A stretch of 64,000 bases of DNA from Candidatus Woesebacteria bacterium GW2011_GWB1_38_8b (GTDB taxonomy: Bacteria; Patescibacteriota; Microgenomatia; UBA8517), in assembly GCA_000993115.1 (NCBI GenBank), contig LBVN01000007.1:3587-67586 (forward strand), in the 5' to 3' direction. Below are positions 8,128 to 17,286 of the stretch, piece after piece. The notes below the pieces were generated by a model, which worked only from the letters and a program-made list of their open reading frames with translations, did not search any database and was not told the DNA's origin. The stretch's first letter is position 1. Each line of letters opens with the position of its first letter. The position numbers were made by a program, and so were the translations under genes.

Positions 8128-10113
8128 TCAATTAAACTGCTTAATTTTATCCCTAAATGCAATCGCAAGTTCAAAGTTCAAATCATCTGCGGCTGTGCGC
8201 ATTTCCCGACGTAACTTTGCAATAAGCTTTTTCTGCTCCATTGGGGTTAAACTTGACGATTCAAAATCAAGCTTCCTGGTCGAAACTTTCAGTAACTTTA
8301 TTTCTTAAGGGTTTTTGAATTGAAGTCGGAGTAATATTGTGAATTTTATTATATTCGACCTGATATGCTCGTCTTCTGTCTATTTCTGATAAAGCGGCTT
8401 CGATTGATTTCGTTCTTTTGTCTGCATATAAAATAACTTTGCCTTCAACGTGTCTGGCGGCGCGTCCCATTGTCTGGATTAAACTTACGCGGCTTCTTAA
8501 AAACCCTTCCTTGTCTGCATCTAAAATTGCAACCAAAGAAACTTCAGGAAGATCTAGTCCTTCACGGAGTAAATTAACTCCAACTATTACATCAAATTTA
8601 CCTCTTCTTAAGTTATCCAGAATGTCTGTTCGTTCCAAGGTATCAATATCCGAGTGCAAATAATTTACTTTTATTCCTTGCCCCCCAAGATATTCTGATA
8701 AATCTTCTGCGGTTTTTTTTGTTAAGGTTGTTACCAAAGTTCTCTGACCTTTTTTTGTGATTTTTATTATTTCTTCTATAACATCTTTTACCTGATTTTT
8801 AATCGGTCTTATTTCAACCAACGGGTCCGGAATTCCGGTTGGCCTTACAAGTTGTTCGGTAACTCCATTTTCTTTTGGGTTATTGTTATATGCGTTGGCA
8901 GCCGACTGGTAAGCATTATTTAATTCCCATTCGTCGGGAGTTGCACTTGTGGCAATAAAACGTGGAATTCTTCTTATAAATTCCTCAAATTTTAAAGGGC
9001 GGTTGTCAATTGCAGCAGGAAGCCTGAAGCCGTAATCGATTAATGTTTTTTTACGAGATAAATCTCCTGCGTACATACCCCGTACTTGTGGAAAGGTAAT
9101 ATGACTCTCGTCGGCAACAAGTAGCCATTTATCTCCGAAAGACTTCTTAAAATAGTCCAGGAGCGAGTAAGGGGCATCTCCGGGGTTTCTTCCGTCGAAA
9201 TATCTTGAGTAATTTTCAATACCTTTGACATAGCCTACTTCGGAAAGCATTTCAAGGTCATACTTTACGCGTTGAGAAATTCTTTGGGCTTCGATAAACT
9301 TTCCTTCCGAATTAAACAAATCTACCTGTCTTTGTAGATCGCTTTTAATATTTGCAATGGCGCCTTTATTTTGTAAAGGGTCAGTGATGAAGTGTTTAGC
9401 CGGGTACAAAACATAATTTGTTAATTTCCCCTTTGCCTTGGGTGCTGATGGAGTTAAAATTTTGGTTCCGAAAGATGAAATTAATCCAAAATATTATTAT
9501 TTTCCCATTCGGTGTTGTGGTGAAAGGTAAAATGAGGGTAGTTTTTCTTAACCACATCAATTAAATATCCGCCAATAAAATGGATATCCTTTAAGCCGTT
9601 AACGGAAAAATTCTCCAAAGCCCGGTCCAGCATGCTTTTACCATTAACTTTAGTAAAACCTTTAGGAACCTTGGCAGAATAAGGCATTATCCTGTTTCCC
9701 CGCCCTGCTCCAATAATTATTATTAATAAATTTGTCGTTGCACCCAGCCTGAGTTTGTCTATTAAATCATTTATGTCGGAATCTTTTTCGATATAGGTAT
9801 CGGTTGAAGGAATATAAGCTTCGGGCTGGTAATAATCATAGTACGAAACAAAATAACTGACAGCATTTTCAGGAAAAAAATCCCGGAATTCCTGGTAAAG
9901 TTGGGCGGCTAGGGTTTTATTGTGTGAAAGTATTAAAGTTGGAAGCTGCGTTCTTTCAATTACGTTTGCAATCGTAAAAGTTTTACCGGAACCCGTAACA
10001 CCCAAAAGAACCTGATTATCAATACCCCGTGATATGTTTTTGGAAAGCTTTTCAACTGCATTTTTTTGGTCTTCAATAAGATCGTATTCAGATTTTATTT
10101 TAAATTTGTTCAT
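8128..10113 (-). CDS. uvrB: Excinuclease ABC subunit B, interrupted (foreign fragment ~9486-9722; frameshift ~8270)
   Basis: [47 protein letters not shown] domain ([21 protein letters not shown]) in another frame ending at 8128. Confidence 0.93.
9486..9722 (-). other. Fragment of a nucleotidyltransferase (LicC/phosphocholine cytidylyltransferase-like) embedded in uvrB
   Basis: [47 protein letters not shown] = GxGxR...PK NTP-transferase N-terminus; boundaries approximate. Confidence 0.8.
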
Positions 10114-10165
10114 GTAATAATTTTATATGATATAAAAATATAAGAATAATACCCAAAATTAGCTA

Positions 10166-10194
10166 TTGACTTCTTCGGGTTATATTTGTATAAA
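10166..10194 (+). promoter_or_regulatory. lexA promoter with candidate LexA operator
   Basis: TTGACT-17 nt-TATAAA; TTCGGGTTATATTTGTATA at 10174-10192. Confidence 0.65.
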
Positions 10195-10200
10195 TATAGC

Positions 10201-10770
10201 ATGGCTCCAATAATTTACAAGAAACAATCACAAATTCTCGATTACATAAAACAGCACATCCAATCAACAGGATCTGCACCAACACTGCGTGAAATTGCAA
10301 TTGCAATTGGAGTAAGCTCCTTGGCAACTGTTCATGAACACTTAACAGCTCTTGAAGAAAAAAAGTTAATTAAAAGAAAAACAGGTAAAAACCGTTCTAT
10401 TGAGTTGGTAAACGAAACTATTAATTTTGAGGAGAAAGGAATTGAAGTTCCTATTTTAGGCTTTATTGCGGCAGGTGCGCCAATTGAGCCTTTTACTGAT
10501 CCGAATTCGTCGCTATCAATTCCAAGTGTATTTCTTTCCGGCAAAAAAAGAACTTATGTTTTAAAAGTTAAGGGCGAGTCGATGATCGATGAGCAAATCA
10601 GGGACGGCGATTATGTGATTATTGAGCAGTCTGAGATAGCTAATAACGGCGACATTGTCGTTGCGCTTTTGGATAACGGTATGGCTACATTGAAGCGTTT
10701 CCCGATATTTGTAAAAAATGTACGAATTCAGGGAAAAGTAGTAGGCCTTATACGGCGTTATTCGGCATAA
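10201..10770 (+). CDS. lexA: SOS repressor LexA (apparent short in-frame deletion after TLKRF)
   Basis: APTLREIA..SSLATVHEHL wHTH, IAAG cleavage site, GESM Ser and TLKR Lys. Confidence 0.95.
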   Translation: MAPIIYKKQSQILDYIKQHIQSTGSAPTLREIAIAIGVSSLATVHEHLTALEEKKLIKRKTGKNRSIELVNETINFEEKGIEVPILGFIAAGAPIEPFTDPNSSLSIPSVFLSGKKRTYVLKVKGESMIDEQIRDGDYVIIEQSEIANNGDIVVALLDNGMATLKRFPIFVKNVRIQGKVVGLIRRYSA

Positions 10771-10779
10771 ATTATTTTT

Positions 10780-12423
10780 TTAGAAGTTTTTGATTTCTTT
10801 AAGCAGATCTCTCCCCGTCATTGACGCAGGAGCCTGTACTTCCAATAAACTAAGTACTGTCGGAGCAATATCTGCCAAAATACCTACTTTCAGCGTTTGC
10901 GAATGGTTTAACAGCGGACGAAAAACACAAACAAAAGGTACATTATTATTACTATGTTCTGTATCAATCTCACCGGTTTTTAAATTTATCATTTCTTCTG
11001 CATTGCCGTGATCAGCTGTAATTAGCAGTGCTCCTTCGTAAGCCAGTGCAAAATTAGCCAGTATTCCAAGCTGTTCGTCAACTTTTTCTACAGCTTTTAC
11101 AGTAGGACCGATATTTCCTGTATGGCCTACCATATCCGCGTTGGGGTAATTAACTAACGCAAAACTGTAATCTCCATTTTTTAATTTTTCTACCAATACA
11201 GATGTTATTTCTTGAGCCATCATTTCGGGTTTTTGATCATAAGTAGGGACTTTGCTTGATGGAATAATTACTTTTTCTTCATTGGTGAAAGGCTTTTCGC
11301 GGAAACCGTTAAAGTAAAACGTTACGAATCTTTCTTTTTCGCTCTCTGTTACCTTAAGTTGTCTTAAATTGTTGTTTGAAATAACTGAGCTTAAAGGCAT
11401 AGTTACAGTATCCGGTGGAAAAGCAACTTGTGTGCCTTCGTCAACTAAAGACCTGCTGTATTCGGTCATTGTGACGAAAAATAAATTTTCAATTCTTGCT
11501 CCCCTTTCAAAAAGTTTTATGCTACTTGGATCAGTAGGAGTTTTTTTATAAGGGTTACTGTCGTAATCAGATTTTGCAGATGCGAAATCTTTATAAACAA
11601 ATGCTTTTGTAAGTTGCCTTGGCCTGTCAACTCTAAAGTTGAAAAATATTGCTGAGTCGTTTTTTGATATTAAATTTATTTTACCTTCTTTGTTTTTAAT
11701 AAGAATCGGCTCTATGAATTCATCGGTAATGCCTTTTGAATACGAATCATCCATAGCTGTTGCAATATTGTCATAAATTTTTCCTGTGCCTTGTGTTAAG
11801 GCTTTATATGCTTTTTCGGTTCTGTCCCAACGCTGGTCGCGGTCCATTGCCCAATATCGCCCCATGATTGATGCAATAGATCCTACTTTCTCTTTATCCA
11901 AAAGTTTTTGAATGCCGGCTAGCACGGCTTTTGATGAAGTTTGGGGAGAATCGCGGCCATCAGTAAATAAATGAAGATAAAGACTGTTAAATTTATGTAG
12001 AGCTGCAAGATGAATTAATGCATATAAATGATTTAAGTTTGAATGAACGCCTCCCGTTCCGATTAGTCCCATTAAATGCAAATTTGAATTATTTTTTTTG
12101 GAATTCTCTATCGCGGAAAGAAGTATTTTATTTTCAAAAAAAGAGCCGTCCGAAATTGACATATTTATTCTTTCCAAATCTTGATAAATAATACTTCCGG
12201 CGCCCAAATTAATGTGTCCGGTTTCAGTATTTCCGTCTTCGCCTCGAGGTAAACCGACAGCTTGGCCTGCAGCCTCTAATTGTGTATGGGGGTAACTGGC
12301 TAAAAATTTATTAATATTTGGAGTATTAGACAAAGTGATTGCATTTCCAGCCCCGGGTGTTGCAATTCCCCAGCCATCAAGAATAACTAAAACGACAAAC
12401 TTAGGTTTAGAATTTAATGACAT
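10780..12423 (-). CDS. gpmI: 2,3-BPG-independent phosphoglycerate mutase
   Basis: ILDGWG, GNTETGH, GRYWAMDRD, DMVGHTG, TADHGNAE. Confidence 0.97.
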   Translation of the reverse strand: MSLNSKPKFVVLVILDGWGIATPGAGNAITLSNTPNINKFLASYPHTQLEAAGQAVGLPRGEDGNTETGHINLGAGSIIYQDLERINMSISDGSFFENKILLSAIENSKKNNSNLHLMGLIGTGGVHSNLNHLYALIHLAALHKFNSLYLHLFTDGRDSPQTSSKAVLAGIQKLLDKEKVGSIASIMGRYWAMDRDQRWDRTEKAYKALTQGTGKIYDNIATAMDDSYSKGITDEFIEPILIKNKEGKINLISKNDSAIFFNFRVDRPRQLTKAFVYKDFASAKSDYDSNPYKKTPTDPSSIKLFERGARIENLFFVTMTEYSRSLVDEGTQVAFPPDTVTMPLSSVISNNNLRQLKVTESEKERFVTFYFNGFREKPFTNEEKVIIPSSKVPTYDQKPEMMAQEITSVLVEKLKNGDYSFALVNYPNADMVGHTGNIGPTVKAVEKVDEQLGILANFALAYEGALLITADHGNAEEMINLKTGEIDTEHSNNNVPFVCVFRPLLNHSQTLKVGILADIAPTVLSLLEVQAPASMTGRDLLKEIKNF

Positions 12424-12480
12424 AACTAATTAACTATATAACGAAGACGTGATTAACGTAATAAGAAGAGTCAAATTAGT

Positions 12481-13749
12481 TTATTTTGCTGAAGCAAGTT
12501 CAGCCTCAATACTTAAGAGTCGATTATATTTTGCGACACGTTCTCCTCTTGCCGGAGCACCGAATTTTACAAAATCGGATCCAATTCCCACCGCAAAATC
12601 AGCAATAAACCAGTCATTAGTTTCACCCGATCGGTGTGAAGTAATGACTTTCCAGTTTGCTTCGCGTGCACGCTTCACTACCAAAAGTGTTTCCCAAACA
12701 GTACCAACTTGGTTTGGTTTAACTAAAATTGCATCGCATGCTTTTTCTGCTATGGCTTTTTCAACTCGTTCGGTGTTTGTAACAAGCAGATCATCTCCTA
12801 CAACCGTCAGTTGTCCCTGGAAAGATTCATATAACTTTTTCCAGCTTGCCCAAGCATCCTCATGCAGAGGATCTTCAATGTGAGACATGTGATACTGACT
12901 GTTTAAGTATTTGTAATAATCAATTAATGCGTCATCCGAAAGCGGTGTGGACTTATCACGGATTGTATAATTTCCGTTTTTGTAAAAAACTGATGCGGCG
13001 ACATCCAGTCCCAAAAATACATCACGGCCGATTTGGTAAGTTGTTTCCTTAATTGATTCAAAAAGAACTTCCAACGCATCGGCGTTTGTAAACAAATTAG
13101 GAGCGTAGCCTCCTTCGTCGCCGACCGAGTGGATTGCACCTCTTCTCTCTAGGTTTTTTCCTAGTGTAATATAAACTTCAACACCAATCTTTAGTGCCTC
13201 CGAATAATTTTTGCTGGTTGCAGGAATAACATGGAACTCTTGAAAATCCAAATTTCCCGCTCCATGAAGACCTCCGTTTATCATGTTAAATACCGGGGTA
13301 GGCACCTTTAGGGCTGCATTTATACCTGCTCTTTTGGCAAGGGTATTTGTCCAAGCGTAAAGTGAGGTATTTTGTGCCATAGCGGCAGCTTTTGAATTGG
13401 CTGCAGATATTGAAAGTATTGCATTTGCACCAAATTTCGATTTATTTTTTGACCCATCAAGATCGATGAGCCTTTTATCAATAGCAGCCTGATCAGTTGA
13501 GTCTAATCCCCAAATTCCGGGTCCAAGTGTTTCATTTACATTTTTTACAGCCTTAGAAACTCCTTTTCCGTCATAGTTTGCAGGATCGTTGTCACGCAAA
13601 TCAACACACTCATAGGTTCCTGTTGAAGTACCTCCGGGGACAGAAGCCACCGCAGTGTGACCGGTATCAAGCTGAACAACTGTCTCTACAGTCGGTAACC
13701 CCCTTGAATCAAGAATTTGCCTTGCCCAAACTTTTGATACTTTGCTCAT
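12481..13749 (-). CDS. eno: Enolase
   Basis: ILDSRG.PTVE, GDEGG, VGDDL, SHRSGET, ERVAKYNRLL. Confidence 0.97.
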   Translation of the reverse strand: MSKVSKVWARQILDSRGLPTVETVVQLDTGHTAVASVPGGTSTGTYECVDLRDNDPANYDGKGVSKAVKNVNETLGPGIWGLDSTDQAAIDKRLIDLDGSKNKSKFGANAILSISAANSKAAAMAQNTSLYAWTNTLAKRAGINAALKVPTPVFNMINGGLHGAGNLDFQEFHVIPATSKNYSEALKIGVEVYITLGKNLERRGAIHSVGDEGGYAPNLFTNADALEVLFESIKETTYQIGRDVFLGLDVAASVFYKNGNYTIRDKSTPLSDDALIDYYKYLNSQYHMSHIEDPLHEDAWASWKKLYESFQGQLTVVGDDLLVTNTERVEKAIAEKACDAILVKPNQVGTVWETLLVVKRAREANWKVITSHRSGETNDWFIADFAVGIGSDFVKFGAPARGERVAKYNRLLSIEAELASAK

Positions 13750-13762
13750 ATATTTATAATAG

Positions 13763-13847
13763 ATCAAAATGTTATTTTAATAAATAACATTTTGATTAAA
13801 AAAAGTATTACTATATATCAAGCTCAAATATATTTATAACAGAGCTT
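13763..13847 (-). repeat. ~90-bp intergenic element with a perfect 15-bp inverted repeat, upstream of eno
   Basis: ATCAAAATGTTATTT-taat-AAATAACATTTTGAT (13763-13796); 13805-13824 is 19/20 identical to the reverse complement of 31845-31864. Confidence 0.7.
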
Positions 13848-13883
13848 GCTTTAATTTAAAATAACACAAAAAGTATTGTTTTG

Positions 13884-16157
13884 TCACTTCCTACCTTTAC
13901 TTACAACCTCTTTCTCTGCTTCATAGATAACTGATCGTACCCGATCAATTGCATCGGGATTTACAGAAATACTTGTTACACCGTATTTTACTAGCTTAAA
14001 TACAAGATCTTCATAAGTTGACGGTGCCTGACCGCAGATTGATGTTGTTACCCCGTGTTTTTTGCATTTTCTGATTACCCGGCGGAGTGACCAAAGGACA
14101 GAAGGAGAGCGTTCGTCGAATGCGCTTGCAACTTCTGCATTATCACGGTCTGTTCCTGTTGTTAACATTGTCAAATCGTTGCTTCCGATTGATACTCCGT
14201 CGATTCCTACCTTAATAAAATCTTCAATCTGAATTACGTTGACAGGGATCTCAACCATCATCCAAAGTTTAAAAGTAGGACTTTCGAGAAGTCCTTCAGT
14301 TGCTATCAATTTCTTAACTTTAGTCAGCTCCAAAGGAGATCGGACAAAAGGAATCATAAGCCATAAATTATTGTATTTTTCCCTGACATTTTTAATCGCC
14401 TGTAGCTCAAGATTAAAAACTTCAGGTGAAGAAATGTATCGGTAGGCTCCTCGGAAACCCAACATCGGATTTGCCTCAACAGGTTCCCATGTTGCCCCAC
14501 CCGGCAAAGATCTGTATTCATTGGTTTTAAAATCCGTTGCACGGTAAACTACCGGCCTTGGATAAAATGCTTTGCAGAAAATACTCATGTCGGCTGAAAG
14601 CTTCTCAATAAATTCTCCCTGTTTCTTATTTTTAATTGCTTCTTTAGGGTGTATACCGATTCCGGCTATCATAAATTCCGCACGAAGTAGCCCTACCCCG
14701 TTAACATTTTTCTTAGCCATTTCATTGGCAAGCTCTTTCTCGGCTAAGTTCACGTATACTTTGGTTGCGGTCTTTAGATTTGTTTTGTAGTTCTTTTTTG
14801 CTTCTTCTGATTTTTCAAGTTTTACGTTACCACCAAGGTAAATAAAACCTTTGCTTCCATCAACCGTAACAACAGCGTCATCTTTAAGGAGTTTTGTTGC
14901 CTCTTTAGTTCCGACAACACAGGGAATACCAAGTTCGCGCGATACAATCGCTGCATGGGAAGTTTGACCTCCTTCATCGGTGATAATTGCATTAGCCCGC
15001 TTCATTGCGGGTACATAGTCCGGTGAAGTCATTGGGGCAACTAAAACATCTCCTTGTTTAACTTTTGAAATTTCTTTCGGGCTTTTAAGAATTTTTACCT
15101 GTCCTGTTCCTATTCCCGGACTTGCACCTGCTCCTGTGAGAATAGGTATTTCGGCTGTTTTATATCCTGCAGCTACTTTATTTTTACCTTCCTTAATTGT
15201 TGTAACAGGTCTGGTTTGAACTATAAAAAGATCGCTTCCTTCTTTCGCCCATTCAATATCCTGAGGAAAATAATAATGTTTTTGCAGTGCATCCGCGATT
15301 TTTGCAAGCTTTATTATTTCGGCATCTGTTAGTTTTTGTTTATCCCGTATTGACTTTGGAACTTCAAGCTCAGATGTAACAGTTCCTTTTTTGATTAATT
15401 GAATAGACTGATCGGAAATTTCCTTAGACAAAATATCAAAAGTTTCTTTTTGGACAACATATCGGTCAGGTACAACAGAACCCTGTACAATCATTTCGCC
15501 TAATCCCCAAACGGACTCAATAATTATACGCTCTTTATCGTTTGTGACAGGATCAATTGTAAACATTACTCCGCTTACGTTGGACTGAACCATTTTTTGA
15601 ACAATCACGGAAATTTTTACTTTTTCGGTTTTTATATTATTTTGTGCACGGTAAAAAATCGCACGGGCTGTAAAAAGCGAAGCCCAGCAATCGCGAACGG
15701 CCAAAAGCAGGCTACTGTCGCCTTTGATGTTTAAGAACGTAGCCTGCTGGCCTGCGAAACTCATACCTGGAAGATCTTCTGCGGTTGCTGACGAGCGTAC
15801 CGCTACGAGCGCCTTTTTAAATGCACCTGAAAGTTTCCAATAAGATTTTAGGACATCTTTTTTAACGCTTTCCGGGACTTCGGCTTTCGAAACTAGCTTC
15901 TGGACTTTTTCTGAAGCATTTTGAAGTTCGTCAGGATTGTCAACATTTACATCCTTTAGTAAATTATTAATTTGTTCTGAAATTTTATTTTCCTCCAAGA
16001 ATATATCGTATGAAGCAACTGTTACGGCAAAACCGTTAGGAACAGGAAATTTAGCCTGAGTCATTTCGCCTAAATTTGCACCTTTTCCACCGACATCCGG
16101 TAAACTGTCCTTATCAATATCTCTGAAAAATAATGTAAGAGGTTTTTGGGCAGCCAT
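13884..16157 (-). CDS. ppsA: Phosphoenolpyruvate synthase
   Basis: VGGKGANLGE, AVRSSATAED, SFAGQ, TSHAAIVSRE, SIGSNDLT, SICGQ. Confidence 0.96.
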   Translation of the reverse strand: MAAQKPLTLFFRDIDKDSLPDVGGKGANLGEMTQAKFPVPNGFAVTVASYDIFLEENKISEQINNLLKDVNVDNPDELQNASEKVQKLVSKAEVPESVKKDVLKSYWKLSGAFKKALVAVRSSATAEDLPGMSFAGQQATFLNIKGDSSLLLAVRDCWASLFTARAIFYRAQNNIKTEKVKISVIVQKMVQSNVSGVMFTIDPVTNDKERIIIESVWGLGEMIVQGSVVPDRYVVQKETFDILSKEISDQSIQLIKKGTVTSELEVPKSIRDKQKLTDAEIIKLAKIADALQKHYYFPQDIEWAKEGSDLFIVQTRPVTTIKEGKNKVAAGYKTAEIPILTGAGASPGIGTGQVKILKSPKEISKVKQGDVLVAPMTSPDYVPAMKRANAIITDEGGQTSHAAIVSRELGIPCVVGTKEATKLLKDDAVVTVDGSKGFIYLGGNVKLEKSEEAKKNYKTNLKTATKVYVNLAEKELANEMAKKNVNGVGLLRAEFMIAGIGIHPKEAIKNKKQGEFIEKLSADMSIFCKAFYPRPVVYRATDFKTNEYRSLPGGATWEPVEANPMLGFRGAYRYISSPEVFNLELQAIKNVREKYNNLWLMIPFVRSPLELTKVKKLIATEGLLESPTFKLWMMVEIPVNVIQIEDFIKVGIDGVSIGSNDLTMLTTGTDRDNAEVASAFDERSPSVLWSLRRVIRKCKKHGVTTSICGQAPSTYEDLVFKLVKYGVTSISVNPDAIDRVRSVIYEAEKEVVSKGRK

Positions 16158-16209
16158 ACAATTATTTATACTAAAGGCTTATATGCGCTTGTGCAATAAG
16201 AAAAATTAC

Positions 16210-17286
16210 TTAAGAAATTCTCTTTTTGAAATAATCAACCCAAGGGATAGGAGTAGGATCCTGATTATAAAGCATTGATAAATAGAAATTTAAAAATGAA
16301 CCAAACTGAATAATCTCAAATACCTGCGATAAAATAGTTTCAGAGGTGGCTATATATTCGTATTTTTTCAATCCATTTTCTTCAATAACTTCAGTAGTTA
16401 CTTCAAACCTTTTTTTAATATGGTCAGAATACAAATTGGAATTAAATAAATAGACGCAAACCTGATTTTTAACAAAGTCCGGGTTTTTTAGTCCTTCCAT
16501 AAGGTGGTGATTAAGCTCAGGAATAACAAAATCAGCAGTTAAATTTTTACTGTTTTCATTAAACTGATTGTTAACTGTATGAGTAACGCCGACTAGATGT
16601 TCTGCGGAAAAAAATAAAATTATGTTATTTAATAGCTCAGATGCAGTTTTTTTGACAGGGTTTTGATCGAATACTACTTCAATTTTATATTTATCAATAA
16701 CATCATCCAATATCGCAACAATTTTTTGTATTTCAGATTCGTCGAAATCAATAAGGCCGCATTTGGATGCTAAGACAAGCTGTCCAATTACAGAATAACC
16801 AATAGCCATTCTGGGTTGATTTGAAGGATTAAATTTCGGGTCAATGTTATAAAAAGGCAATTTAAATTCTTTTGCAAAGTCCAGAAGTTTTCCGGAGTCT
16901 GCAATCGCAATAACTTTGGCCCCTTTTTCGATAGCACGTCTCGCGTTTGAAATTGACTCTTCTGTATTTCCCGAATAACTTGAGACAAATACTAGTGTAT
17001 GAAGGTCAACAAAACCCGGTAAATCATAATCATTTATCCTATATAAAGGTTTTCTCAACTGCTTTCTGTATGCCGACTCAATAATTCTTGCTCCCAACCC
17101 TGAACCTCCCATGCCGCACATAACAATATTTTCTACGTCATAATAGCTTTCAGGAACGACTACCTTTCTTGCTTCATCAAATGCATGAATACATTGTTTT
17201 GGAAGTTCAATTATTGAGCCATAAACATTACTCCTGTCAATATTTTTTATTTCTTCAATATTATCTAGACTATTCATCTGACTCAT
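16210..17286 (-). CDS. Bifunctional phosphoglucose/phosphomannose isomerase (SIS)
   Basis: GMGGSG, SYSGNTEE, QPRMA, NENSK, PELNHH. Confidence 0.92.
   Translation of the reverse strand: MSQMNSLDNIEEIKNIDRSNVYGSIIELPKQCIHAFDEARKVVVPESYYDVENIVMCGMGGSGLGARIIESAYRKQLRKPLYRINDYDLPGFVDLHTLVFVSSYSGNTEESISNARRAIEKGAKVIAIADSGKLLDFAKEFKLPFYNIDPKFNPSNQPRMAIGYSVIGQLVLASKCGLIDFDESEIQKIVAILDDVIDKYKIEVVFDQNPVKKTASELLNNIILFFSAEHLVGVTHTVNNQFNENSKNLTADFVIPELNHHLMEGLKNPDFVKNQVCVYLFNSNLYSDHIKKRFEVTTEVIEENGLKKYEYIATSETILSQVFEIIQFGSFLNFYLSMLYNQDPTPIPWVDYFKKRIS

Noticed and set aside
5123..10770. Coordinated pseudogenisation of the SOS/NER system
   Set aside because: The same lesion type hits essential dnaE and holA, and the rest of each gene is undecayed, so assembly error is more parsimonious.
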